A stretch of DNA of 63,309 bases, the filler included, from Sanchytrium tribonematis (taxonomy: Eukaryota), in assembly GCA_018985235.1 (NCBI GenBank). It is 20 parts of 20 records of this genome, joined end to end, with 100 filler letters (N's around TTAATTAATTAA, not from the genome) between each part and the next. Parts side by side here need not be neighbours in the genome. Positions count along the whole stretch, not along the records: positions 54,171 to 56,381 come from JADGIG010001098.1; positions 56,482 to 58,692 come from JADGIG010001099.1; positions 58,793 to 61,002 come from JADGIG010001100.1; positions 61,103 to 63,309 come from JADGIG010001101.1; 16 more parts are not named here. One strand, written 5' to 3'. This document shows positions 54,171-63,309 of this stretch, piece by piece. The position numbers were made by a program, and so were the translations under genes. Numbering within the stretch: position 1 is the first letter of the stretch; the number at the start of each line of letters is the position of its first letter. The notes under the pieces are model-generated. The model did no database searches. It was not told the origin of the DNA and saw only the letters and a list, made by a program, of their open reading frames with translations.

Positions 54171-56381
54171 CATAAAAGTTTCTGTCTTGAGGATGACAAA
54201 ATGGTGAATCACTTCATCATTGACACTTGCTCAAGCCCTTGAGGTGCCAGAGTCTATGTAATTTAGAGAAATGATGAAGAATCTCAACCAGGAATGTATT
54301 GCATACGCCATGGGCGTCATGCATGGATTGGCCAGTAATGAGGGATTTGTTAAAGCTTTAACTGCCAGATAAATGATAGCAGGGTAAAATTTGTGTCGAG
54401 GAGTATGCAGATCACTTAGCTAGTGAGTTTGGCACTTGGAATGCAGCACGTTGAGCTGCTTTAGAAATAGAGAAAAGGTTAGGTAATTCCAAAACTGCTG
54501 CAACATCTCCTGGAACTAACACTGAGTTTTGCTATTTTTGTAAAAAGGTTGGTCATATTGCAAAGCATTGCTCAGAGAAATCATCTCCTGTTTGTCAGAA
54601 TTGTGGGTTGAAAGGGCATTTAGAGCATAATAGGGAGGTTGCGAAATGCATTTACATTTACATTTACAATGTAAAATATAAAATAAATATAATTTTTAAA
54701 ACTCGATTGCGACTCCATGAAATTGCTACTTTATTTACAATTAGCAAAGATGAATGCCAAAGCACTAAAGTATAAGTCAACAGTGCCCGAAATTCCGGAT
54801 ACTATATCACTCCCCAACGGATCCAAATGTACTGGACAACTGCTTTTTGTGTATTATTGAGACGATTTAGTTATCCTAATCGACATTGTGATTTGGTTTT
54901 GATTTTTGGCATTAAAGAAAGCAAATTTTCACGAATTATATCTTTTACGGTTCAATTTTTAGTTGATAAATGGATATATTTACTTCATTACCTATCCCAC
55001 CTAGTAACTCAGTCGTACATCAATGAAGTAAAGCAATAATTACCACTAAATGTTGTTTTTATAGGATTTATTGATGGAACAGTTAGATTCATTGCAAGAC
55101 CGTCAAGAGACCAAAAAACTACTTATAATGGTCATAAAAGACATCATGCTTTGAAATATAAGTCGTTCATTTTGTGGAATGGAATAATTGCGCATTTGTC
55201 GGATTGTTTTGAGGGAAAGAGACAAGACTCTTTCATTTTAAGATTATCAGCATTGCTCGATGTTTTACAGCAACTTGATGATCAATTCGTGGGTTTAAAT
55301 CGAAATTGCTTTGATCCTGGAGCGGCATTTTCATTGGTTACTGGTGAGACAGATTGATTTGAAGTGGACAATTGAGTTTGTAAATGCCGTTTACAATTTC
55401 AGGGGGATTTTGAAGAAATTTTCAAAAAATTTATTTTTTTTAAAGGGGAAATTTACAAACAAAAAGTAAATGTAAATGTAAATGCATTTCGCAACCTCCC
55501 TAATATAGTTGATGAATTGAAATTTGAATGTAATCAAGAAGAAACACGGAGTAGAAAGAAAGCGATAGTGGAAGAAGACATGATGACAGAAGAGACTCCT
55601 TTACTAGCAATTATTCATGCCAATGTTGATGGGGTGCCTGACATGTCTAGTGGACCCGATATCATTCAGAACCCGCATGGGAATGGATCTCAAATTCGAT
55701 GCCATTGTCGTTCGGTGAAAGAGGGTGAAGTCTTAGAATGTATGAATTGTGGTCTATACACTCACATGGAATGTGTTGTCTGGATCACTAGAGAGAATGA
55801 GTTTCATTGTAAATTATGTCATGAAATTGGCAAACTTGGAGGAAACATTATTAGCAGAAATGAACAAGTCAAATTACTGCGAGATGCAGACGTCAGCCAT
55901 CCAGGAATAGCTGGAATGCGTGTTTTACTGAGAAATGTGCATTGGACAAACAAGGACAAAGATATCAAGGATTTTGTCGGTAGTTGTGTTTTCTGTGTAA
56001 AATAGCAGAGTCCAAGAACAGCCAAGTATGTTTTGAGAATGCCAAAGTATATCAATCAGTACTGTGGTATTGATCTCATGGAAGTGAGAATCGATTTGGT
56101 GGATTATAATTATATTGTTGTTTTGCGCGAGTATGTGACAGGTGCCGTGGTTTTACACCCAATTATATCCAAGAACCCATCTATGTACTAGACGTATTGT
56201 TGAAATACATCAGTAGTTATGGGAAGATGCATATATTAGTTCAAAATAATGGGTCTAAATTTTAAGGAGATTTTGCCAAATTTTGTGAAGATGTAGGTAT
56301 TACAGTGGAACAGTCGACAGCACGTGTATCACATGAAAATGGCTATTCAGAATCTGCAGTTGCCTATGCTAAATCCATGAT
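54171..56381 (+). mobile_element. Decayed Gypsy-like retroelement: gag zinc knuckles, PHD finger, integrase; interrupted by a DNA transposon
   Basis: CYFCKKVGHIAKHC and CQNCGLKGHLEH knuckles; PHD IRCHC...LECMNCGLYTHMEC...FHCKLC; HPG...W....DIKDFVGSCVFC; degenerate core GIDLM, NNGSKF, HENGYSE. Confidence 0.82.
54632..55501 (+). mobile_element. PIF/Harbinger-superfamily DNA transposon derivative, 870 bp, 36-bp perfect TIRs, AAT direct repeats on both flanks
   Basis: TIR AGGGAGGTTGCGAAATGCATTTACATTTACATTTAC at 54632-54667 and 55466-55501; AAT at 54629-31 and 55502-04. Internal DDE_Tnp_4-like fragments LRRFSYPNR..DL..IFG and GFIDGT..IARP...YNGHKRHHALKY...EGKRQD. Confidence 0.92.
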
Positions 56382-57332
56382 NNNNNNNNNNNNNNNNNNN
56401 NNNNNNNNNNNNNNNNNNNNNNNNNTTAATTAATTAANNNNNNNNNNNNNNNNNNNNNNNNNNNNNNNNNNNNNNNNNNNNATTTCATTGATTTGCATTA
56501 GAGACAGAGTCTTTCAGAATTGATAAGTGATCACTATCAGCAATAGATCTCTCATGTGTAATATCTATGGCATATGGAATTCAAAATGTAATAAATTAAA
56601 CTCAATTTGACATTGATTAGCTAAGATGGAAGAATAATGCGTAATTTAGACATTAATTGGGACACGAATAGAAGAAAAGCAGACATTAAAAGTTCAAACA
56701 CGAAAATAGTTTGCACGCTCTGAAAAATACCAAAAATATTAAAATAGAAACCACATCAGCAGTTGATCGCAATGAAAACGATTAAATTATTATTTTGGAC
56801 CGAAAATGACAGCTTCTAGCCGGATCTATCGAACTTCTACTAAAATAGGATCATTATGTTAAGAACAAATGAGCCATTTACTGCTTTATTGTATAAATAA
56901 CCTTAAATTAAGGTAGATTATACCCTCAAGTATCACAATATTACTGTTTGTGGTCCATTCAAAACAATTTGAAAGTAGTAAGCTCGCCTGATGATTTCTC
57001 CAATCAATCAAATGTCCCCATCTTCGCCCCATCGATCCAGCAGCCAAAGTCTAATTAGATATTCAGTCTAGCCTATCTACCAGCTAAGCAATCTATTTAA
57101 ATATTATCCATCTCGATTTCGATTTGACTATCAAAAATCATCTGCTAACAAATCTGTCGCTCAAACACGGATTCATTTGTTACTTTACATTGCCAGTCAT
57201 TATCCGAGTCACTAAATACTTGCTGTATTACATTCAAACTCTACAAATCTACCAGCATCTACCAACTCTGAACATGGATGCTCTCCGCGAATCACAAAAA
57301 TATCAAATATCATAAATATCCCATTTATTGCA

Positions 57333-58241
57333 TCAAATCATGTGAATTAGCATTAAAATCACCAATAAGCTCCCAATAATCTCAATCCCAGCCCCACTTT
57401 TCACTGCAAATGGTCTGATATTCGCATATGTCTTTGTAAATAGCATATCTGTTGTTTTGCCATCTAAAATGGTCTGTGATTCTGTGACTGACAAGTAATA
57501 TTCCACTGTTTTGGATTGTGTATCTGAAACATCTTTTGCTTCCACATTGGTGCCCGTTGCTGGGGGTGTTTTGAGTTGAAGATCAGTAGGATTTGCCATG
57601 CTAGTCATATCCATTTGTGTTCCGATAATTGGAATTGTTTTACTAATGATTTGACTTGGTGTTTCATTTAAAATTGGTAGATTTTTAGGCGGATTAATAT
57701 TATCATTTTGTTGCAAAGGTGGTTGATTTGCATTATTTGCATTTGAATCAGTTGTTGTAGTTGGTGGATTGCCATTTGAGGGATTATTTGATGCAGCATT
57801 GGCATTATTGTTGGAGGGTGTGACAGATGTTGGTGCTTTTGATTGATCAATTGGTGGATTGCTGCTTTGATCAGTATTGCTTTGTGGTGGATTATTTGAA
57901 GGTATTTTTGGAGTATCAGATTGTGAATTGCTATTTGCTTTGTTATCTGGTTGATTATTTGGTTGATTTTCAGCAGTATTTGGTTGATTATCTGTTTGTA
58001 CTTTTGTGGGATCATTTGATGCAGCCAATGGCAAGAAAAATGGCTGTTTAGGAGTATTCAAATCTGGTGATGTTGTTGATTTATCATTAGATTGGGTTGA
58101 TGGTTGATTGGAATTCTCTGGTGGATTGTTATTGGTTGGTGGGGTGGACTTGTCAGTGGACGAATCAGTAGATGGATAATTAGATGGATTGAATGTATCA
58201 GATGATGGTTTGTTAGTTTGTGAAGATGCAGAGTCACTCAT
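57333..58241 (-). CDS. N/P/Q/S/T-rich low-complexity protein with a C-terminal GPI-signal-like hydrophobic tail
   Basis: 302 aa; ends SGAGIEIIGSLLVILMLIHMI; no obvious N-terminal signal peptide. Confidence 0.75.
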   Translation of the reverse strand: MSDSASSQTNKPSSDTFNPSNYPSTDSSTDKSTPPTNNNPPENSNQPSTQSNDKSTTSPDLNTPKQPFFLPLAASNDPTKVQTDNQPNTAENQPNNQPDNKANSNSQSDTPKIPSNNPPQSNTDQSSNPPIDQSKAPTSVTPSNNNANAASNNPSNGNPPTTTTDSNANNANQPPLQQNDNINPPKNLPILNETPSQIISKTIPIIGTQMDMTSMANPTDLQLKTPPATGTNVEAKDVSDTQSKTVEYYLSVTESQTILDGKTTDMLFTKTYANIRPFAVKSGAGIEIIGSLLVILMLIHMI

Positions 58242-58353
58242 TTTGTAATACGGGTGATTTGGAGTATGAAATTGTTATATTTTAGAGTGGACCAATCAAA
58301 ATAAATAGGGGTGGCGATGTCTTTTTTAGTCGAGAATGTTAGATTACATGTAT

Positions 58354-58692
58354 TTATTTGTCATTCATTTTATGTACATAACTAATGTATTTAGCACACA
58401 TATTCTGCATTTCCACTATCATTTGAGTATATTTATGAATTTCATGTGGATTTAATCGAGTCAAATCTATTTTGGTGCCTTTAAAATTGATTCTGGAGTG
58501 CTTAAATTGATTTAATTCCTTCAATAGCCTCAGTCTTTTGTGATTGATGTGTCTCTTATATTTAGCATGTCTATTAAAGAACCAGGATCGCAAATAAATG
58601 ATGGAAGGGATGGTTGGATGTTGTACGATTAATTGGTTCAATATTTTAGTAGGTGGATTTCCATCTCTGATTCGTAGATAGACTTCTTCTAA
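58354..58692 (-). CDS. C-terminal fragment of a hypothetical protein
   Basis: Open frame of about 95+ aa ending AAA TAA A. Confidence 0.45.
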   Translation of the reverse strand, partial: LEEVYLRIRDGNPPTKILNQLIVQHPTIPSIIYLRSWFFNRHAKYKRHINHKRLRLLKELNQFKHSRINFKGTKIDLTRLNPHEIHKYTQMIVEMQNMCAKYISYVHKMNDK

Positions 58693-59104
58693 NNNNNNNN
58701 NNNNNNNNNNNNNNNNNNNNNNNNNNNNNNNNNNNNTTAATTAATTAANNNNNNNNNNNNNNNNNNNNNNNNNNNNNNNNNNNNNNNNNNNNGCCTTGTC
58801 TTTATAATCTACCACGGCATATTCAAACAAACCTAGGGTTTTGGCTTGGCTTTTTGAACCATTTATGTTTAGGATCTTTTTGACACTGTTTGTTCACATT
58901 ATCAGCGAATTTTTTTCACTTTTGCAACTTCACTACCAAACAGACTTGCTTAAAATAATATTTAAATTCATTTTGCCATCTTTGTTTACATCCTTCACTC
59001 AATTTACCAATATCTGCATTTGATAATCATTAATCCATCATATTCAAATATTGTGGGATAATTGAGTATAATTTGGACGAGATCAGATGGGGGTTGGTTA
59101 ATTT

Positions 59105-59290
59105 TCATTCTATATTAATAGTATTAAGAAGAGCTTGACACAGTATACGCGCATTGTTAAAGCAAGCAGACAACTCTTTTGGGTTGTCTTGGCATGATTC
59201 GTAGCCTCTTCTATAGCAAGCGCCTTCTTCAGGAGTTTTTGGAACCAACGTTGGTGCTGCGAAAACGGATAATGCAATCAAGTAAATCAT
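59105..59290 (-). CDS. Small secreted protein with a single C-x7-C-x9-C-x7-C repeat
   Basis: MIYLIALSVFA; TATAAAAGG 29 nt upstream; same Cys spacing as the 7464-9138 cluster. Confidence 0.78.
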   Translation of the reverse strand: MIYLIALSVFAAPTLVPKTPEEGACYRRGYESCQDNPKELSACFNNARILCQALLNTINIE

Positions 59291-59644
59291 TGTAAAGTGG
59301 GATCCTGTCTCCTTTTATAGCCATTTGGGGTAAATTTTGAAATGACACAGTCTTTGGTCATTTCAAATGGACCATCTGACTGGTTGCAATGACTTGCACG
59401 GTTATTAAACAGACTTGCATCAAAATGACACAGATATTTCTGCAAAATAGTTTAACAATTAATTTTGCAGCATTAGACCACCCCCGAATGACTATTGAGT
59501 GGATTGAATTTCCTATGATTGACCAGATGAGTCTCACTCATAGTAGTCACGACTTGAACTTTGCCATTTGGCAACGTGCATCTGTCTAGTGGTCCCACGT
59601 GATTCTTTTTCAAACAAAATCAAAGTCTCTCCCATTTCTCTTTG

Positions 59645-60490
59645 ATGACCTATTCAACTGTTGCAGTCGTCGGTGGATCAGGTGGATTAGGATTCCATGT
59701 CACAAGTGCCCTCGTTCATTTGAATTTCAAAGTAAAAGTATTGACTAGAAATGAAAAAGATGCCAAATCTAAATTACAGGGATTAAAAGTAGAATATGCC
59801 GTGGTAGATTATAAAGACAAGGCATCCTTGACCCAAGCATTGCGGCATGTAGAAGTGGTTATTTCTACTTTGGGAGGAACCGCATTGGGTGAGCAATTTT
59901 TATTAATTGAAGCTGCTAAAGAGGCACATGTTAAGCGTTTCTATACCAGCGAATTTGGTGTAGATAGATCATTAACCAAAGACTTGCCAATGTTTGATTT
60001 AAAAGAAAAAGCCATTTCTGCAGTAAAAGCATCTGGAATGGAATGGACGGGTGTTTACACTGGATTATTCTCTGAGTATTTATTCAGTCCATTTTTAGGT
60101 GTTCATCAAGATACTAAATCCATTCAATTTGTGGGATCACCAAATACAAAGATTTCTACGACGCCAATGAAGAATATTGGTGAATATGTGGCTGCTTCCA
60201 TTAATTCACCATCTAGTAAGAATGCATATGTGCGTGTGGCTGCTGATACTTTAAAATACTCTGAAATTGCAGTGATTATCAACAAATCACATGGAAATGA
60301 CTGGAAAATCAGGTATGAATCAATGGACAAATTAAAAGCCAAAATTGACGGAAATCCAAATAAGTGGGAAACCATTGGTGAGCAATTAGTAGTTGTATTT
60401 GGTAGTTCACAGGGTGTGATCAACCATCCACAAAATAGTGAATTTGACGTGACTCCAATGAAATTTGCTGATTTTGTCAAAAATAAATAA
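59645..60490 (+). CDS. NmrA-like / isoflavone reductase-family NAD(P)-binding protein
   Basis: VAVVGGSGGLG, VDY.DK.SL..AL, AAKEAHVKRFYTSEFG, TGLFSEY. Confidence 0.92.
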   Translation: MTYSTVAVVGGSGGLGFHVTSALVHLNFKVKVLTRNEKDAKSKLQGLKVEYAVVDYKDKASLTQALRHVEVVISTLGGTALGEQFLLIEAAKEAHVKRFYTSEFGVDRSLTKDLPMFDLKEKAISAVKASGMEWTGVYTGLFSEYLFSPFLGVHQDTKSIQFVGSPNTKISTTPMKNIGEYVAASINSPSSKNAYVRVAADTLKYSEIAVIINKSHGNDWKIRYESMDKLKAKIDGNPNKWETIGEQLVVVFGSSQGVINHPQNSEFDVTPMKFADFVKNK

Positions 60491-60502
60491 GTGATTTTTA
60501 TT

Positions 60503-60709
60503 CTAATCTGTCCACCACATCCACACGAAAATGACTGATATGATTGCACCAATAATTAATAATCCAGAACATCCCATAAATATCATTTTAGTAGTTTGAT
60601 TTCTAAAATGTGAATTAATTGTTTCTACTGGGATTTCCTTGTATAATTCAGAATCAAATGTCATGTCTGATAAATTAGAATATGATGGATTGGGTGATTT
60701 CATGTGCAT
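60503..60709 (-). CDS. Small tail-anchored membrane protein
   Basis: C-terminal TM helix; TATAAAA 29 nt upstream of the ATG at 60703. Confidence 0.55.
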   Translation of the reverse strand: MHMKSPNPSYSNLSDMTFDSELYKEIPVETINSHFRNQTTKMIFMGCSGLLIIGAIISVIFVWMWWTD

Positions 60710-61102
60710 CAAGTGGGAACTGACATTTTATAGTGTTTTGCAGCCAATCAATTGCAAATTTTAAATTGTTTTAGAGGGGATGATTCGTAAACATGATTTG
60801 TATTCTACTAGCACTGTTAAATTTGATTTGAATGACTCAATTCGAGTGAATCAACTCTATTTATCTCAATATCCTGTGATTTGTGCAAATTTTGGCAAGT
60901 TCTGCCATTCCAATCAATATCAAATCAATAAGCTGTTAAATATATCCGAATCCCATAATATCCAATCTATTATGATATTCCACCTACTCGTATCAGCATG
61001 GGNNNNNNNNNNNNNNNNNNNNNNNNNNNNNNNNNNNNNNNNNNNNTTAATTAATTAANNNNNNNNNNNNNNNNNNNNNNNNNNNNNNNNNNNNNNNNNN
61101 NN

Positions 61103-61447
61103 CCCGAATCTTGTCCAAGTGGCAGGGTCATGTACACTCAGAATAGACATTCTGAATCTAAAATCGCCCAAACTTTCTGTAGTCACGAAATGCAATAACC
61201 ATCCAAATTTTTGAATGACTCGTTCTCTTTCTTGTTCCAAGTTCAAATGTGGAATATGGCTCATTTTAAATTTAGGGTCTCTTTCGATTTCCAGCATTAT
61301 TTTTAGCTTTAAGAGCCACTTCTTTTTTCCATCATTGAGGTAATACAGCAATGAGTCGTCTTTAATACTTGAGTGTTCTCTTTCGTAATCCAAAAGATTT
61401 TTACTAGTGCGACTGAACTCTGTTTTGTTGGTGTCGACTGCACTCAT
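61103..61447 (-). CDS. Acyl-CoA oxidase N-terminus, truncated
   Basis: LDYERE.SS, IERDPKF, RER, DPATWTRFG. Confidence 0.8.
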
Positions 61448-61516
61448 CTCGTGTGTTTGAAAAATTTATAAAATGTGCCAATATAAAACTAAAATTCAGG
61501 TCATGATCCGATTTAT

Positions 61517-62359
61517 TTAATAAGTAAAAGCGGAGCCCACTAGCTTTTCGTAGCATTCAATATATTTTTGAGAAGTCAATTCAATAATTTCCCGAGGAAG
61601 AGCTACGTCCGCCTTTCCTTTGAGATTATTATTTGTGAGATAATCACGTACAATTTGCTTGTCATAACTAGGTGGGGATATTCCGAGTTTGTAATCTTCT
61701 AAATTCCAATACCTAGAAGAATCCGGTGTCAAGACCTCATCAATTAAGTACAATTCGCCATCCAATAATCCAAATTCAAATTTTGTATCGCATAAAACCA
61801 TGCCTTTTGTAAAAGCATATGCGCTTGCTTCATTATATAGTTCTATGCTGAATTCCTTAATTCTGTTAGACAACTCTTCCCCACAAATTGATGACATATC
61901 ACTGAAAGAAATATTTATATCATGAAGGCCGACTTCCGCCTTGGTGCTTGGTGTGAAGATAGGCTTCAACAGTTTTGATGCCAACTGTAGATCCTTTGAC
62001 AAAGTCTCATCACCGACCGATCCAACTTTTATGTAGTCATTGAAAGCGGAACCGAATAAATATCCTCGCACAATAGCTTCAATTTGTAAAGGCTTGCATT
62101 TTTTAGCAATAATGGCCCTGCCAGAATAAATTTTTGGAGGAACTTTGTCAATTACTGCAGATTTGATATTGTATTTTAATAAAGTAGACTCAAATTTTTG
62201 CAAAAAAAACAAAGTTATTTGAGTCAAAATTATTCCCTTTTTAGGAATCTCGGAATTCAATATCTCATCATATGCGCTGATTCTATCTGATGCTACCATT
62301 AACAAATCACCCTCGAAAATATACAAGTCCCTGACCTTCCCTTTGTGAATCAATTCCAT
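61517..62359 (-). CDS. ADE1: SAICAR synthetase
   Basis: GKVRDLY, ASDRISAYD, EAIVRGYLFGS, PIFTPSTKA, DTKFEFG, DEVLTPDSSRYW, SYDKQ.VRD. Confidence 0.96.
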   Translation of the reverse strand: MELIHKGKVRDLYIFEGDLLMVASDRISAYDEILNSEIPKKGIILTQITLFFLQKFESTLLKYNIKSAVIDKVPPKIYSGRAIIAKKCKPLQIEAIVRGYLFGSAFNDYIKVGSVGDETLSKDLQLASKLLKPIFTPSTKAEVGLHDINISFSDMSSICGEELSNRIKEFSIELYNEASAYAFTKGMVLCDTKFEFGLLDGELYLIDEVLTPDSSRYWNLEDYKLGISPPSYDKQIVRDYLTNNNLKGKADVALPREIIELTSQKYIECYEKLVGSAFTY

Positions 62360-62370
62360 TTCAGTTTCAA

Positions 62371-62610
62371 ATGAACTCCACATCCTTTGAATCTGCGAGT
62401 GTTGAAGTTTTGCAGATTCAAAAAGATATCAACCAATTAAAAACCTTATTCACACCACAGTCAGATCTAAAAATATTAATTGAGCAATTAGAAACTGAAT
62501 TTAGAACCAATTCAATAGGACTCGAAGAAAAGCAAAAAAAGCTAACAATATTGAAGCAAGAAAAGAAAAGAGTTCTTCACATTTTGGGTCATATTAAAGA
62601 AGCAAGTTAA
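62371..62610 (+). CDS. Small coiled-coil hypothetical protein
   Basis: 79 aa with a heptad pattern; AATAAA just after the stop; fills the space between ADE1 and the lipase. Confidence 0.5.
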   Translation: MNSTSFESASVEVLQIQKDINQLKTLFTPQSDLKILIEQLETEFRTNSIGLEEKQKKLTILKQEKKRVLHILGHIKEAS

Positions 62611-62628
62611 GTAAATAAATTTAATTCA

Positions 62629-63309
62629 TCAGCACATATAAAATACCATATCATACATTTTAACATGTTTTTGAGAATCGAAAAATGGAGTATAAGATGC
62701 ACTACAATCATCGACCTCGCCTTCACTGGCAAAGCAGCCATAAGTTTCATTCTTATGAACCCAATATTCAGCATTGAAATGAACATAATCAAATAAAGAT
62801 GGTGGTAGATGTGGTATCAAGTCATTTTCATAAATTAGACGGTATATAGTGACTTTATCTTTAATCTGCAAGTTGTTGACAAAATTGCTAAACTCTTCAT
62901 CGCCAATTCTAGGCTGTCCATAAGTAAAAGAAATAATTTTGGGTGCGTTGAACAATTTTATACTAAAATCGACAGCAGCTAAAGCAGCGAGTGCGGCGCC
63001 CATACTATGCCCAACAGTGACAATACCAAATTTTGGTAGAAACCATCTGAGTCGCTGTAAAATCGGAATTATGTCACTCCTAATGCTTAAATACGTCTCG
63101 GTGAAACCTTTGTGAATTTTACCTCCATTATCAATAGATTGCGGCCAAGATAGAGCAGTAGAAGTATTCAAAAAATCTGTCTTCAAATCGTAATACCAGT
63201 TTTTTGCAGAAATAGTACCACGAAACCCAACCACAATTGATTTGTGTAAATAATCCACGGCTACATAAGCTCTTCCCTCTGTAGTTTCGTTGTAGAATTC
63301 TTTGACAAA
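62629..63309 (-). CDS. Class 3 lipase, 5'-truncated
   Basis: VVGFRGT, IHKGF, GHSMGAA, TYGQPRIGD, DLIPHLPP, YVH. Confidence 0.93.
   Translation of the reverse strand, partial: FVKEFYNETTEGRAYVAVDYLHKSIVVGFRGTISAKNWYYDLKTDFLNTSTALSWPQSIDNGGKIHKGFTETYLSIRSDIIPILQRLRWFLPKFGIVTVGHSMGAALAALAAVDFSIKLFNAPKIISFTYGQPRIGDEEFSNFVNNLQIKDKVTIYRLIYENDLIPHLPPSLFDYVHFNAEYWVHKNETYGCFASEGEVDDCSASYTPFFDSQKHVKMYDMVFYMC

Noticed and set aside
2280..61102. Regularly recurring TTAATTAATTAA flanked by N runs, resembling a repeat array
   Set aside because: Artificial contig linkers. Contig lengths fall almost monotonically from about 2279 to 2207 bp, so gene neighbourhoods across linkers are meaningless.
61517..62359. 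ADE1, NmrA-like and methyltransferase genes as bacterial horizontal transfers
   Set aside because: These families are widespread in fungi, and lacking introns is normal in this genome. Cannot be claimed without phylogenies.
143..62792. Many 60-140 aa antisense or nested ORFs in the ORF track (e.g. 143-520, 10180-10476, 22469-22777, 57668-58015, 60124-60552)
   Set aside because: Shadows of real genes on the opposite strand or in another frame, with no motifs.

Overview
Eukaryotic, AT-rich, gene-dense DNA. The window is an artificial concatenation of 20 contigs joined by 100-nt spacers (44 N + TTAATTAATTAA + 44 N). Nineteen contigs are about 2.2 kb and one is 18.9 kb (11830-30733), so adjacency across spacers has no biological meaning. 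Gene content suggests a genome-reduced, zoosporic, early-diverging fungus or relative: a copper-fist TF, ADE1, an axonemal dynein, CFAP100, AK7- and KAP3-like genes, and many secreted LRR proteins. Sanchytrid-like is my inference only. The window holds about 50 protein genes or fragments, one tRNA-Gly(UCC), a non-LTR retrotransposon, decayed Ty3/Gypsy elements, a pogo-like transposase remnant and an 870-bp PIF/Harbinger-type TIR element. The most striking signal is miniaturised gene grammar. (i) All four GT-AG introns needed to repair split host genes are exactly 19 nt, phase 1, with an A fixed 6 nt from the 3' end; a fifth 19-nt GA-AG candidate lies in a transposase. (ii) TATA-like boxes sit 29-30 nt upstream of the ATG itself. 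(iii) AATAAA is frequently fused to the stop codon. (iv) Signal peptides appear to be only about 9-12 aa. All protein assignments come from motif recognition by eye; no searches were run.
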